NCBI GenBank assembly: GCA_029775965.1
Contig: JARVJU010000002.1
Span: 2,578-66,577, forward strand
Source of the DNA: Nitrososphaeria archaeon
GTDB lineage: Archaea; Thermoproteota; Nitrososphaeria; Conexivisphaerales; DTJL01
DNA length: 64,000 nucleotides
Reading direction: 5' to 3'
The stretch's first letter is position 1; each line of letters opens with the position of its first letter. This document shows, in pieces, positions 54,393 through 63,981 of this stretch. The notes under the pieces were generated by a model. That model saw only the letters and a program-made list of their open reading frames with translations. It was not told the DNA's origin and searched no databases. The position numbers and the translations under genes are program-made.

Positions 54393-55409
54393 ATGCCACA
54401 GCTTAGATCCGATTACATTTCAAAATCGATTTCTCTTATACCGGAGGATACAAAAAATATACCAGATGATGACAGGGATGTGTGCAAATTCTGCGCTGGT
54501 AATGAGTCAAGGACGCCAGCAGCAGAGCTTGTGCTTGTCGATAAGTACGGAGGTATAGTGAAGACCTCCGATACAGAGGAAGAAAGGTCAAGTCAATGGG
54601 TTGCAAGAGTTTTCAAGAGTCCTCGACCTATCATATATGACGACCCGGAGGCTGGGTATAGCGATGAGCCTCTTCTAGCAGAACCTGCCCATGGGAGTCA
54701 TTATGTAGTGGTCACTTCGCCAAAACATGATGATGCATTTCATTCTGCAAGTGTCAGTCAGATAGCGAACGGTCTTATAGCAACTCAAGAACAGATGAAG
54801 ACGCTATATCAAGGGAAGGGCATAGCGTATGTTGCTGCATATTCAAATTATACTGAAGGCAAAGGAAGTATTTCCCATCCACATATGGAACTTCTCAGCC
54901 TCAGCAGAGTACCTCCCGTCATTGAGTCAGAGATGCGCGTTACTGATATGGTATTTGATGAACTCGGAATATGCCCTATCTGCAGGATGATAGGAGTGGA
55001 GACAGGGGGGCCGAGACAGATAATAACGACTGACAGCTATATCGCTATGGTGCCATGGGCACCTAAAAAGGACGCAGAATTCCTCATACTGCCAAAAAAA
55101 CATCAGAGAAGTTTTCTTAAACTGACTCAGAATCAGCTAAAAGAATTAGCTATGATAATCAGATGCAGTCTGGGTGGTTTTTCTAAAGAAATCGGCAAAG
55201 CCTATACCATTGCATTTCATATGGCTCCAGAGAGAAAGCAGCAGTCTCAATTTCACTGGCATATAGAGGTCAGCTCATTTGAGCAAAGCTATGGAGCCTT
55301 GACTACAGGCTTTGGTGTCTACACCATCTCAAGACCTCCTGAGAGGATTGCAGAGCAGCTCGGAAAAGCAGCCAGAAGAGAAATGGCAAACGTAATGGGT
55401 GTAAAATAA
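54393..55409 (+). CDS. Galactose-1-phosphate uridylyltransferase-like (GalT/HIT superfamily branch III) nucleotidyltransferase
   Basis: Zinc motif CKFCAGNESRTP and the active-site SHPHMELL (HxH) in the first half. The second half-domain has FHWHIEV. I place the start at ATG 54393. Confidence 0.7.
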   Translation: MPQLRSDYISKSISLIPEDTKNIPDDDRDVCKFCAGNESRTPAAELVLVDKYGGIVKTSDTEEERSSQWVARVFKSPRPIIYDDPEAGYSDEPLLAEPAHGSHYVVVTSPKHDDAFHSASVSQIANGLIATQEQMKTLYQGKGIAYVAAYSNYTEGKGSISHPHMELLSLSRVPPVIESEMRVTDMVFDELGICPICRMIGVETGGPRQIITTDSYIAMVPWAPKKDAEFLILPKKHQRSFLKLTQNQLKELAMIIRCSLGGFSKEIGKAYTIAFHMAPERKQQSQFHWHIEVSSFEQSYGALTTGFGVYTISRPPERIAEQLGKAARREMANVMGVK

Positions 55410-55663
55410 CGCGTTCTAAAATGATATCTTAGTTTTTAAACTTTGGCTGTTAACACCGTGAGTGAGAAGTCCCCTTGAGTTGGTGAGGGGATGGAAGAGA
55501 GCAAAGTTAAAAGATATTACAGCAGATGCAACAGAGGATTTGTAGCCTATGCATATTATATCAGCATTGTATGGTATTTTTAAATTCTAGGCAACTTTTA
55601 CACTGCCTATCTGTGTTTAAATCTGAGAGTGCCAGAGCTACTGACCGAGGCAAGCGATGGAAT

Positions 55664-56587
55664 TTGGACAAATTCTCAGCAGTAAAAGATTTTGAAGTCA
55701 GCCCACATCAAGCATCAGAAATAGTTTCAAACATGGGGAAGGCTGGAGGCTTCACAGGAAGGAATCTAGCAGAGGCAAGCGATATACTGAAAAAGATGTG
55801 GAAGGAAAGAGACTGTTATAAAATTCTCTCATTCACCGCTGATATAGTTTCAACCGGCTTAAGAGGTGTGGTTAGGCAGCTTCTTAGGGACAGAAAGTTT
55901 GACATGGTTATAACGACTTGCGGTACATTGGACCATGACATAGCTAGATCCTTTGCTCCTTATTTAGAAGGAGATTTTGCTCTTGATGACAAATTACTGC
56001 TAAAAAAAGGATATCACAGACTTGGTAATATCGTTATACCAAAGGAATCTTATGGTCCTACAATAGAAAAGTTTCTTCAGCCCCTTCTGCATGAGCTGTA
56101 TGCTTCAGGTAAAAAGAGCCTTGCTTCTTATGAGCTTGCGTGGGAGGCAGGTAAGAAGATGGAGAATAAGGGTTCAATACTGTACTGGGCCGCAAGAAAC
56201 AATATTCCTGTTATAGTACCAGGAATAAGTGACGGTGCTTTTGGGTCTCAACTATGGCTATTTTACCAAACACACAGAGATTTCCATGTAGATATACTAA
56301 AAGATGAGCAGATGGTAGCAGATGCAGTCTTTGATTCAAACAAATTAGGTGCCTTGATGGTTGGCGGAGGTATATCGAAACATCATACTATCTGGTGGGC
56401 ACAGTTCAAGGGGGGGCTCGACTATGCTGTTTACATCACTACCGCGGTTGAATACGATGGAAGTCTGAGTGGCGCTTGGCTAAGGGAAGCGATAAGCTGG
56501 GGGAAGGTGAAACCGAAGGCAAAGCATGTCACAGTTTACGGCGATGCAACTGCTGTGCTTCCGTTTATAGTATCTTCAGCCTTGTGA
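55664..56587 (+). CDS. dys: Deoxyhypusine synthase
   Basis: GFTGRNLAEASDILKKMW, TCGTLDHDI, and GGGISKHH near the C-terminal third. The first 46 codons of the ORF-track version are non-conserved and Cys/Leu-rich, so I tentatively start at the in-frame TTG 55664. Confidence 0.8.
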   Translation: MDKFSAVKDFEVSPHQASEIVSNMGKAGGFTGRNLAEASDILKKMWKERDCYKILSFTADIVSTGLRGVVRQLLRDRKFDMVITTCGTLDHDIARSFAPYLEGDFALDDKLLLKKGYHRLGNIVIPKESYGPTIEKFLQPLLHELYASGKKSLASYELAWEAGKKMENKGSILYWAARNNIPVIVPGISDGAFGSQLWLFYQTHRDFHVDILKDEQMVADAVFDSNKLGALMVGGGISKHHTIWWAQFKGGLDYAVYITTAVEYDGSLSGAWLREAISWGKVKPKAKHVTVYGDATAVLPFIVSSAL

Positions 56588-56620
56588 TGTTTTACAAAAC
56601 CACTTATGATACGGTTATAA

Positions 56621-57586
56621 GTGAGTATTAACGCACAATATGACGTGAAGGACCCTCTGGAGTACGTAAGCAAAGAATACCTACCCTGGATGAAGGGTCT
56701 CATCTCTGTCGACCTGAGATCACGGGGTTATAGTGAGTCCAAGATTTCCATGTTGATAGGTGTTACTCAGCCCTCTGTCAATTACTACCTAAGACGGGAG
56801 AGACAGGCCTATCTCAGAAGGCTGGAAGCTATAGGCCTGACTAACGATGCTATTTCAGAACAGGAACGAAGACTAATAGATGCGCTTCAAAATCCAACTG
56901 CTGAGGGTACAACAAGGCTACTTCTCACATTGCTAGATGTGCTATCAAGCGGCATGCTTTGCACTCATCACAAGAAAGTGGATAATCTACCACAAGATTG
57001 CGACGCATGCATGAGGCTTTTTGGAACCGGTTCAGCAGCTGCAAGATCCTCAATTCTCGTTGAACTAAACGAAGCTATAGATAGACTTGAGCAATCGGAA
57101 AATTTTCCGAAGCTGATCCCAGAAGTCTATACAAACTTCGTAGCTGCAGCTAAAGATGCCAGGACAGAAAAGGACATAGCGGGTATAGCAGGAAGAATAG
57201 TAAAGCTGAGGGGAAGAGCAAAAGCCATGAATCGAGCTGAATTTGGTGCTTCAAGGCACCTTGCATCCGTACTGCTAAAGATAAAATCAAAATTTCCTTA
57301 TATCCTGAGCATCATGAATGTCTGTTATAATGAGGGCGTAGATAGAAGCTTAAGCAAGTTGGGATGGAGAATTGTTAGGGCATCAATGGATAATAGCAGA
57401 AATATAGAGGCGGACCCAGTGGTCTCTGCTATACAAGAAGCTATTTCGAAGCTACCTTCAGAGCCGGATGCCATAATACACACTGGAGGTTATGGTCTTG
57501 AGCCTGCTACTTACATCCTTGGCAGAAGTCCATCTGAGGTATGCGAAAAAGCTCTGCAGCTGGCTGATACATATATAAGATATTAG
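56621..57586 (+). CDS. HTH domain fused to ThiN domain (ThiR-like thiamine-responsive regulator or ThiN enzyme)
   Basis: N-terminal HTH (ESKISMLIGVTQPSVNYYLRR). The C-terminal ThiN-like region is IPEVYTNFVAAAKDA...IAGRIVKLRG...EFGASRHLASVLL. Confidence 0.6.
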   Translation: MSINAQYDVKDPLEYVSKEYLPWMKGLISVDLRSRGYSESKISMLIGVTQPSVNYYLRRERQAYLRRLEAIGLTNDAISEQERRLIDALQNPTAEGTTRLLLTLLDVLSSGMLCTHHKKVDNLPQDCDACMRLFGTGSAAARSSILVELNEAIDRLEQSENFPKLIPEVYTNFVAAAKDARTEKDIAGIAGRIVKLRGRAKAMNRAEFGASRHLASVLLKIKSKFPYILSIMNVCYNEGVDRSLSKLGWRIVRASMDNSRNIEADPVVSAIQEAISKLPSEPDAIIHTGGYGLEPATYILGRSPSEVCEKALQLADTYIRY

Positions 57587-57625
57587 CAGCATATCGAACT
57601 CTTTTATATATGCAACGTAAAACGC

Positions 57626-58861
57626 TTGATGTTGACACCACTGGGCTACTTTTTTGCTATACTGGGTACTATGCTATCTGTATACACAGCCTACTGGGGT
57701 CTTTTACTTGTGGCTGGAGGAATAACGATAAGGAAGGATAGGAAAACCTGGAAGAACAGTGCAGCGAGGCCTAGAGTTTCTATCATAATACCTGCAAAAA
57801 ACGAGGAGAAGGTGATAGGCAGATTGCTAGCCTCCCTGCAGACTATCAACTATGATAAGGATAAAGTTGAGATCATAGTCTCTGAGAGTGGTTCAACAGA
57901 CCATACGGTTGATGTTGTGATGGACTTCTGCAAACAGGATAAGAGAATAAGGCTGGTGCGCTCTGGGGCAGTTGGAAAGGGCAATGCATTGAATGAAGCA
58001 ATAAAATATGCTACAGGAGAACTCTTTTTCTTCACTGATGCGGATTGCGTTCCTGAAAACGACTTTCTTGTCAAGGCTGCTGCCATGTACGCGGCAAACG
58101 TACATTCCATGGTTGGCTACCCAAAGACGATAAACTCAGGTCAGAATATCCTTACCAAGCTTGCAATTTTTGAGGACTTAATATGGAGGATTATGTCTGT
58201 AGGTAGAGATAGGCTTGGGCTCTCGGTACCTCTAGCTGGCCCATATTGTGTAATCAGCAGAAAGGCTCTATGTAGTGTGGGATTCGAATTCCGGGATGTA
58301 CTGACTGAGGATATAGAGCTCTGGGCAAGACTTCTAAAAAATGGGTATGTAACTCGTTACATAGATGCCTTCGTCTGGCAGGAGGCTCCATCTCGTCTAA
58401 CAACTCTTATCAGACAAAGGATAAGGTGGTATAGAGGTTATATGGAGACTGGTTTACATCATATTGATATTTTTAAAAGGACAGATCTGGCAAAGGCAAC
58501 TGATGCTCTCCTAATGCTTTCAACCCCCTTCTTCGCTATGCTGTCTATATTTTCTTATTTTATATCATGGTTCAGTTTACCCGACCTAGCCTCAAGCCTT
58601 GGTATAGTCCTGTTCGTAGCTGTCTTCTTCGGAGCCAATATACTAGGCTTTATTGCGCTTAATGCAGGGCTTGTTTATTTTGCAGGCAAGGATGCTCTGG
58701 GTTTACTGAAGATAAGCCCATTTGTATACCTCTATTTCATAGTCTTAGGGATATCAAGCTCTCTTGCTATTCTGCATCTGATAACAAGGAGGCATGCCAT
58801 ATACAACAGAACTGAAAAGACAGGTTACTCTGACATGTCATTCCTACAGCAGAAACGGTGA
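57626..58861 (+). CDS. Family 2 glycosyltransferase, membrane-integrated, processive type
   Basis: SIIIPAKNEE, the DAD motif (FFTDADCVP), TEDIEL, and Q(R/Q)xRW as QRIRWYRG. An N-terminal TM helix and a C-terminal TM bundle are present. Confidence 0.8.
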   Translation: MMLTPLGYFFAILGTMLSVYTAYWGLLLVAGGITIRKDRKTWKNSAARPRVSIIIPAKNEEKVIGRLLASLQTINYDKDKVEIIVSESGSTDHTVDVVMDFCKQDKRIRLVRSGAVGKGNALNEAIKYATGELFFFTDADCVPENDFLVKAAAMYAANVHSMVGYPKTINSGQNILTKLAIFEDLIWRIMSVGRDRLGLSVPLAGPYCVISRKALCSVGFEFRDVLTEDIELWARLLKNGYVTRYIDAFVWQEAPSRLTTLIRQRIRWYRGYMETGLHHIDIFKRTDLAKATDALLMLSTPFFAMLSIFSYFISWFSLPDLASSLGIVLFVAVFFGANILGFIALNAGLVYFAGKDALGLLKISPFVYLYFIVLGISSSLAILHLITRRHAIYNRTEKTGYSDMSFLQQKR

Positions 58862-60407
58862 AGGTCTTCTGACCCCCTTTCCTTCAAATATCTCCCTCAG
58901 AGATTCATTAACAGGGCAGATTTTAGAGCTCTCCCCATCTATCTCCCTCAGAGATTCATTAACAGGGCAGGTTTTAGAAATGGATAGCAGGAAGCAGGAC
59001 GTTGTTAAGATATACAACTGCGGCCTAACGGTTTATGACAGAGCGCATATTGGACATGCAAAAGAGATTGTAATATTTGATGTATTAAGAAGAGTGTTAA
59101 TTGCCAAGGGTTTTAAAGTTGTTTATGTTCAGAACTTTACAGACGTAGATGATAGAATAATAAATAAGGCGAGAGAATCTCATCTTCAAGCAAAGGATAT
59201 AGCTGAGAAATACATAAACGAATACTTTGCAGACTTCGAGAAGTTGAACATAATGAAAGCAGACCACCATCCAAGAGCTACTGAGCATATAGAAACCATG
59301 ATAGAGATAATAGATTCGCTTTTAAAGAAAGGTTATGCCTATGTCAGCAAGTCAGGCGTATATTACGACGTGGCCAGATTCAAAGATTATGGCAAGCTTT
59401 CAAAGAAGGGGATAGAAGAGCTCAGAGCAGGTTACAGAATAGAACCAGATCCTTTCAAAAGAGATCCAGCTGATTTTGCTTTATGGAAATTTTATGATGA
59501 CGAACCCTTATGGGATTCGCCCTGGGGGAAGGGAAGGCCTGGGTGGCATATAGAGTGCTCTGCTATGATAGATAAGATCCTTGGAGAGCCCATAGACATA
59601 CACGGAGGAGGTGAAGACTTGATCTTTCCACACCATGAAAACGAGATAGCACAGAGTGAGGCCTATGCAGGGAAGATTTTAGCAAGAATATGGATGCATG
59701 CCGGTCTGCTGAGGATAAAGAGCGTCAAGATGTCCAAATCATTGGGTAATTTCATTCCTGTATCTGAAGCTGTAGCAAGATTCGGAAGCAACACAGTAAG
59801 GTATTACCTTTTATCCGCACATTACAGAAAGCAACTGGACTTCGACCTTGATAGGATAGCAAAGGCAAACGAAAACTGGAGGGTCATAGAATCAGCTGCA
59901 AATTATCTAAGTTATTCGAAAAGAAATAAGAAGATGAAAGAAACAATATCACAGCCTAAACAGCAGCTGGCTGATAAACTGCAAGAGCTCATACAGAAAT
60001 TTCCTGATATACCTCAAGTGCTTGAAATATTCGCATCATTTGATAAATCCTTATCTTATGACCTTGATACGCCATCAGCTCTAGCAAGCATGCTAAGGAT
60101 CTCAAGATATGTAAATAGACTTGCAGGCAACAGGAAACTTACACAGGAAGTGATAAGCTTGATCGAACCTGTGTTCTATACGATGTTTTACATACTAGGA
60201 TTCAAACTCCCTCTTATCGATGATGTAACTAACAAGAGGATAGAGGCTCAGGTAGCAGAAAGAAACTCGTACAGAGCTAAGGGTGACTTCTTACAGGCTG
60301 ATAAGATTAGAGATGATCTTGCCAAGGAAGGTATACTGCTCATCGATATGGGAGATAGCACTGTCTGGTACAGAACAGAATTAATGAAACGCAACGAAAT
60401 AAATTAG
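58794..60407 (+). CDS. cysS: Cysteinyl-tRNA synthetase (start codon uncertain: ATG 58794 or ATG 58980)
   Basis: HIGH motif (AHIGHAK), zinc/cysteine site WHIECS, and KMSKS (VKMSKSLGN). The conserved N-terminal strand (xxYNxLTG in other CysRS) aligns to the duplicated [10 protein letters not shown][IV]LE upstream of ATG 58980. Confidence 0.85.
   Translation: MPYTTELKRQVTLTCHSYSRNGEGLLTPFPSNISLRDSLTGQILELSPSISLRDSLTGQVLEMDSRKQDVVKIYNCGLTVYDRAHIGHAKEIVIFDVLRRVLIAKGFKVVYVQNFTDVDDRIINKARESHLQAKDIAEKYINEYFADFEKLNIMKADHHPRATEHIETMIEIIDSLLKKGYAYVSKSGVYYDVARFKDYGKLSKKGIEELRAGYRIEPDPFKRDPADFALWKFYDDEPLWDSPWGKGRPGWHIECSAMIDKILGEPIDIHGGGEDLIFPHHENEIAQSEAYAGKILARIWMHAGLLRIKSVKMSKSLGNFIPVSEAVARFGSNTVRYYLLSAHYRKQLDFDLDRIAKANENWRVIESAANYLSYSKRNKKMKETISQPKQQLADKLQELIQKFPDIPQVLEIFASFDKSLSYDLDTPSALASMLRISRYVNRLAGNRKLTQEVISLIEPVFYTMFYILGFKLPLIDDVTNKRIEAQVAERNSYRAKGDFLQADKIRDDLAKEGILLIDMGDSTVWYRTELMKRNEIN
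58889..58978 (+). repeat. Two 39-nt direct repeats (38/39 identical), period 51 nt, at the 5' end of cysS
   Basis: TATCTCCCTCAGAGATTCATTAACAGGGCAG[A/G]TTTTAGA occurs at 58889-58927 and 58940-58978. The period of 17 codons is in frame with cysS. Confidence 0.9.
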
Positions 60408-60421
60408 AGAACATTTTATTA

Positions 60422-61561
60422 ATGTATGTGACTGCTTTTTGGTGCGAACAGAAATTGCTTCAGGTATATTTCCAGACAGTTGCTGAAACGCTAAACTTCC
60501 TCTTTAATATACTCTGGGTAGTGCTTGTAATGGCTTTCTTATTCTACGGGAACAGACTGCAGATATACATGTCTTTAAGGCAAGTTGGCAAAAATCTGCA
60601 AGCTCTTGAAAGAATGCGCACACAGTCAAGGCAGAGGATAATTGATGAGTTAACGAAACACGGTGGAGAGCAGTCTCTTGTCAAATCAGAAGTTGACAGA
60701 ATATTGGCAAGCATAATGATAGAGCCTGTGAATATGGACCCAAGCGGTATAGTTTACAAGCTGGAGCATCTTATAAAGACGTATGAAGATTATTTCAAGT
60801 CTAAGGTTGCGAAGCTGACTCCTAATGCTGGGAAGGTTCTGAGGCAGAATCTTTCGAATTTGGTAGAAGTGGGGATGCAGCTTGACTATCTGTACAGATA
60901 CGTAAGACACCTTTACACTTCAGCAAAGAAATACAACGACCTTTTCGCTGTGGTTCAGCTTCAGATGATGATGCCAACACTTATGGATACTGCCAATGCA
61001 TATTATTCAGCCGTAGATGCCTTTACAGAAGGGCAACCCATAGGTGATAGCTTCGGCCCGATGGTAGCATCCAAACTCATGGAAGGCGCGAATGTTAAAC
61101 TTGTAGCAGAGGAGACTGTATATGCAGAGACGGAATATCAGGGAAGAAAATTACTTATAGTCAAGGCGGAAGGTCCTGGGGGCACCGTAGGCAGGCCAGG
61201 AGAAGCAATAGAAAAATTACTTACACTCTATCCCTCAGTATCCATGGTTGTTACTGTCGATGCAGCCTTGAAGCTTGAGGGTGAGAACTCTGGAGAAGTG
61301 GCAGAAGGGGTAGGAGCAGCGATAGGAGGGCCTGGGGTAGACAGATATAGGATTGAAGGGATAGCAACAAGCCATAACGTTCCTATGTATGCTATAGTGG
61401 TCAAGATGTCAGAAAAGGAGGCTATAGGCAAGATGAAGAATGAGCTAAAGGCGCAGGTGGATGAAGTGATAAGAAGGTTCAGAAGGCTTCTTGAAGAGAA
61501 GACCAAACCTGGCACAATGGTCCTTTTTGCTGGCATCGGCAATACAATAGGGGTTGTGTAA
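60422..61561 (+). CDS. Archaeal membrane-anchored protein of unknown function (possibly the DUF1512 family)
   Basis: 379 aa with an N-terminal TM helix (FLFNILWVVLVMAFLFYG) followed by a soluble domain. The family assignment is from memory of size and architecture only. Confidence 0.35.
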   Translation: MYVTAFWCEQKLLQVYFQTVAETLNFLFNILWVVLVMAFLFYGNRLQIYMSLRQVGKNLQALERMRTQSRQRIIDELTKHGGEQSLVKSEVDRILASIMIEPVNMDPSGIVYKLEHLIKTYEDYFKSKVAKLTPNAGKVLRQNLSNLVEVGMQLDYLYRYVRHLYTSAKKYNDLFAVVQLQMMMPTLMDTANAYYSAVDAFTEGQPIGDSFGPMVASKLMEGANVKLVAEETVYAETEYQGRKLLIVKAEGPGGTVGRPGEAIEKLLTLYPSVSMVVTVDAALKLEGENSGEVAEGVGAAIGGPGVDRYRIEGIATSHNVPMYAIVVKMSEKEAIGKMKNELKAQVDEVIRRFRRLLEEKTKPGTMVLFAGIGNTIGVV

Positions 61562-62339
61562 GCTCTTTCCAACCTGAAAGGTTTAGTGCTGTAGCTCTAC
61601 TGAATTCTTCGCTACCTGACGTACTCCCACCCCTGAAAAGTATGGGGGTCCACTTTTGCTTCATTTTTCTTTCGTCTTCACTCCTCGCTGTCTGGACGGT
61701 TACGTAGGAACCTGTTACAGAGTTTTGTCATCTCTCTAGCCCTAAAAGTTGCCGCTTTGAAGGTATCGGTGCTGCCTCTGCATGCATCTCTGTCTGCATG
61801 CAATCGAGATATGTTTTTAATTTTAACTTTAATTTAACCCATTCCTTTGCTGCATAGGCTGTGGAATGGAGACATTCTCAACCTCATGGCAAAGTTCTGT
61901 CGGGTCAGTTGCTACACGAAGATTTTCAGGCATGAGTTTCTCAGAGAGTAGTTTCATGCCTGAGCACAATATTTCTTGACAATATATGACAGTTTTCATT
62001 CATGCTGGGAGTGAGGCATGTCTTATCTTAGAGGCCAAGGCGGCATATTTACTCATTAGCATGGAAAACAAATTTCATTTCGCCACTCCGCTAAAGCGAT
62101 GTGGGCTTGTTTGTTCCTCAAAGCTCTCTTTGGGTAATATCGAATGTAGCAAGTCCTATGTCAACTGCTTTGTCCTTCTACTGACAGCCTCATGTAAAGC
62201 TAGCTACATTCTGCTATTTCTCTTCTCTTTATAATATAACTTTAAGTTTTGACTGGCATATAAAATTTTCTGGAGCCCCATAATTAAACCAATCTGCTTT
62301 ATATTCTGTGTTCCCCTATAGCTAAGGGGGTAGAATTTT

Positions 62340-63371
62340 TTGAATGCTATAGTCAAGCAGTCAGTAGCTCCTGGGGCAGTATTGAAGGATGTTTCTGAGC
62401 CACGAATCAGCAGCAAGCAGGTTCTTGTGAAGGTGAAAGCGACAAGCATATGCGGCACGGACGTGCATATATACGACTCCAACGAATGGGCAAGGTCAAG
62501 GATAAAGATCCCACTTATCATGGGACATGAATTTGCAGGTGAGGTTGTAGAGGTAGGAAAAGATGTAACAAGCTTGGTAGAAGGGGATCATGTTTCTGGT
62601 GAAACACATATACCTTGTATGAGGTGCGAACAGTGCAGACTCGGCAACTATCACATATGCGAAAATCTGAAACTAAGAGGAGTAGATGTAGATGGTTGTT
62701 TTGCAGAATTCGTGGCTGTTGATGAAATGACAGCTTGGAAGAATGATAAGTCTATCCCTTTTGATGTTGCCTCTGCCCAAGAACCTTTGGGCAATGCTGT
62801 ACATACAGTTTTTGAAGGAGGAGGGGTAGAAGGTAAGAAAGTTGCTATATTTGGCTGTGGCCCGATAGGCATAGCAGCCGTAGGATTATGCGTTCAGTCT
62901 GGCGCTGAAAGCGTCTATGCAGTTGATATATCAGACTACAGACTTTCATTAGCAAAATCTTTTGGAGCAACAAGTGTGATCAATTCAGCCCGTGATGACC
63001 CTGTAAAATTCATAATGGATTCGACTTATGGTCACGGGGTAGATGTCTTTCTTGAAATGGCAGGGGCAGAGCAGACGATAAGGCAGGGGCTGAAGGTATT
63101 AAAAGCTGGAGGTAGAGCTTCTTTACTTGGGCTACCTGACAAAGAAGTCAGTATAGATATAAGTTCAGACGTGGTACAGAAATACATCACAATTAAAGGA
63201 ATATTTGGTCGCAGAATGTTTTCTACTTGGTACACCACTGCAGCTTACCTTAGGTCTGGCAGGATAGACCTGTCAAAGCTTATTACTCATCACTTTAGGC
63301 TTGAACAATTCGAAGAAGCATTTAAGCTTATGAAGACAGGCAAAAGTGGCAAGATAGTTATGCTGCCATAA
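62340..63371 (+). CDS. tdh: L-threonine 3-dehydrogenase (zinc-dependent MDR family)
   Basis: CGTDVHIY, GHEFAGEVVEVG, the structural zinc loop CMRCEQCRLGNYHIC, and Rossmann GCGPIG. TTG start. Confidence 0.85.
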   Translation: MNAIVKQSVAPGAVLKDVSEPRISSKQVLVKVKATSICGTDVHIYDSNEWARSRIKIPLIMGHEFAGEVVEVGKDVTSLVEGDHVSGETHIPCMRCEQCRLGNYHICENLKLRGVDVDGCFAEFVAVDEMTAWKNDKSIPFDVASAQEPLGNAVHTVFEGGGVEGKKVAIFGCGPIGIAAVGLCVQSGAESVYAVDISDYRLSLAKSFGATSVINSARDDPVKFIMDSTYGHGVDVFLEMAGAEQTIRQGLKVLKAGGRASLLGLPDKEVSIDISSDVVQKYITIKGIFGRRMFSTWYTTAAYLRSGRIDLSKLITHHFRLEQFEEAFKLMKTGKSGKIVMLP

Positions 63372-63378
63372 TGGCAAA

Positions 63379-63981
63379 TTATGTAAGATCTAACAGCTCA
63401 GGAATTCTCAGAGCTTCCAAAGCCTTGCTTATAACATATGTTAGCTTATCAGCTATACCATAAAGCCATAGCTCTATAGCTATGGATCCGAATGCAGCCA
63501 GAGTTATTCCCAGAAAGATGCCAGCTATAACATCTGTAGGGTAGTGCATACCTACATAGACTCTCGAGTAACAGACTACAGCAGCTTCGGCTGAAAGTAT
63601 AGCTGAGAGAGCTTTGTTCCTGAATTTCATAACAGCGAAGCTTGCTCCCACCGAAACTATCAGTGCATGGCCAGAAGGAAATGAGGAACCAAAGTCTGGA
63701 GGGACTCTAGCCACAATTGCAGAAAGCGCTTCAAAAGGTCGTTCCCGGAAGTAAATATGATGCAAAGCAAGCCCTACAATTATGGCTGCTATGAATATTC
63801 CAGCAAGTTCAACAGCTAGGAACCTTGTTTTTTCTCTGCCGAAAAGAAGCATTATCGCTGTGACAGGTATCCAGAAATATTCTCTTCCATACAGAGATGA
63901 ATATACGAGGAAACTATTGAGATACCCACCAGCATATCTATTCAAAAGTAAAGAGTAGCTGTTGTCTATGCTTCTTGTCAT
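63379..63981 (-). CDS. PAP2-family lipid phosphatase (polyprenyl-diphosphate/phosphatidate phosphatase-like)
   Basis: Three PAP2 motifs (YFRERPF, PSGH, SRVYVGMHYPTDV) and 5-6 TM helices. Confidence 0.8.
   Translation of the reverse strand: MTRSIDNSYSLLLNRYAGGYLNSFLVYSSLYGREYFWIPVTAIMLLFGREKTRFLAVELAGIFIAAIIVGLALHHIYFRERPFEALSAIVARVPPDFGSSFPSGHALIVSVGASFAVMKFRNKALSAILSAEAAVVCYSRVYVGMHYPTDVIAGIFLGITLAAFGSIAIELWLYGIADKLTYVISKALEALRIPELLDLT

Noticed and set aside
61777-61869. Replication-origin interpretation of the palindrome pair, AT-rich block and inverted repeat at about 61.8 kb.
   Set aside because: There is no orc1/cdc6 gene nearby and no convincing ORB or mini-ORB consensus; only GTGGAAT resembles the GTGGAAA core. 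The AT tract is short. It is kept only as a remote alternative in the finding.
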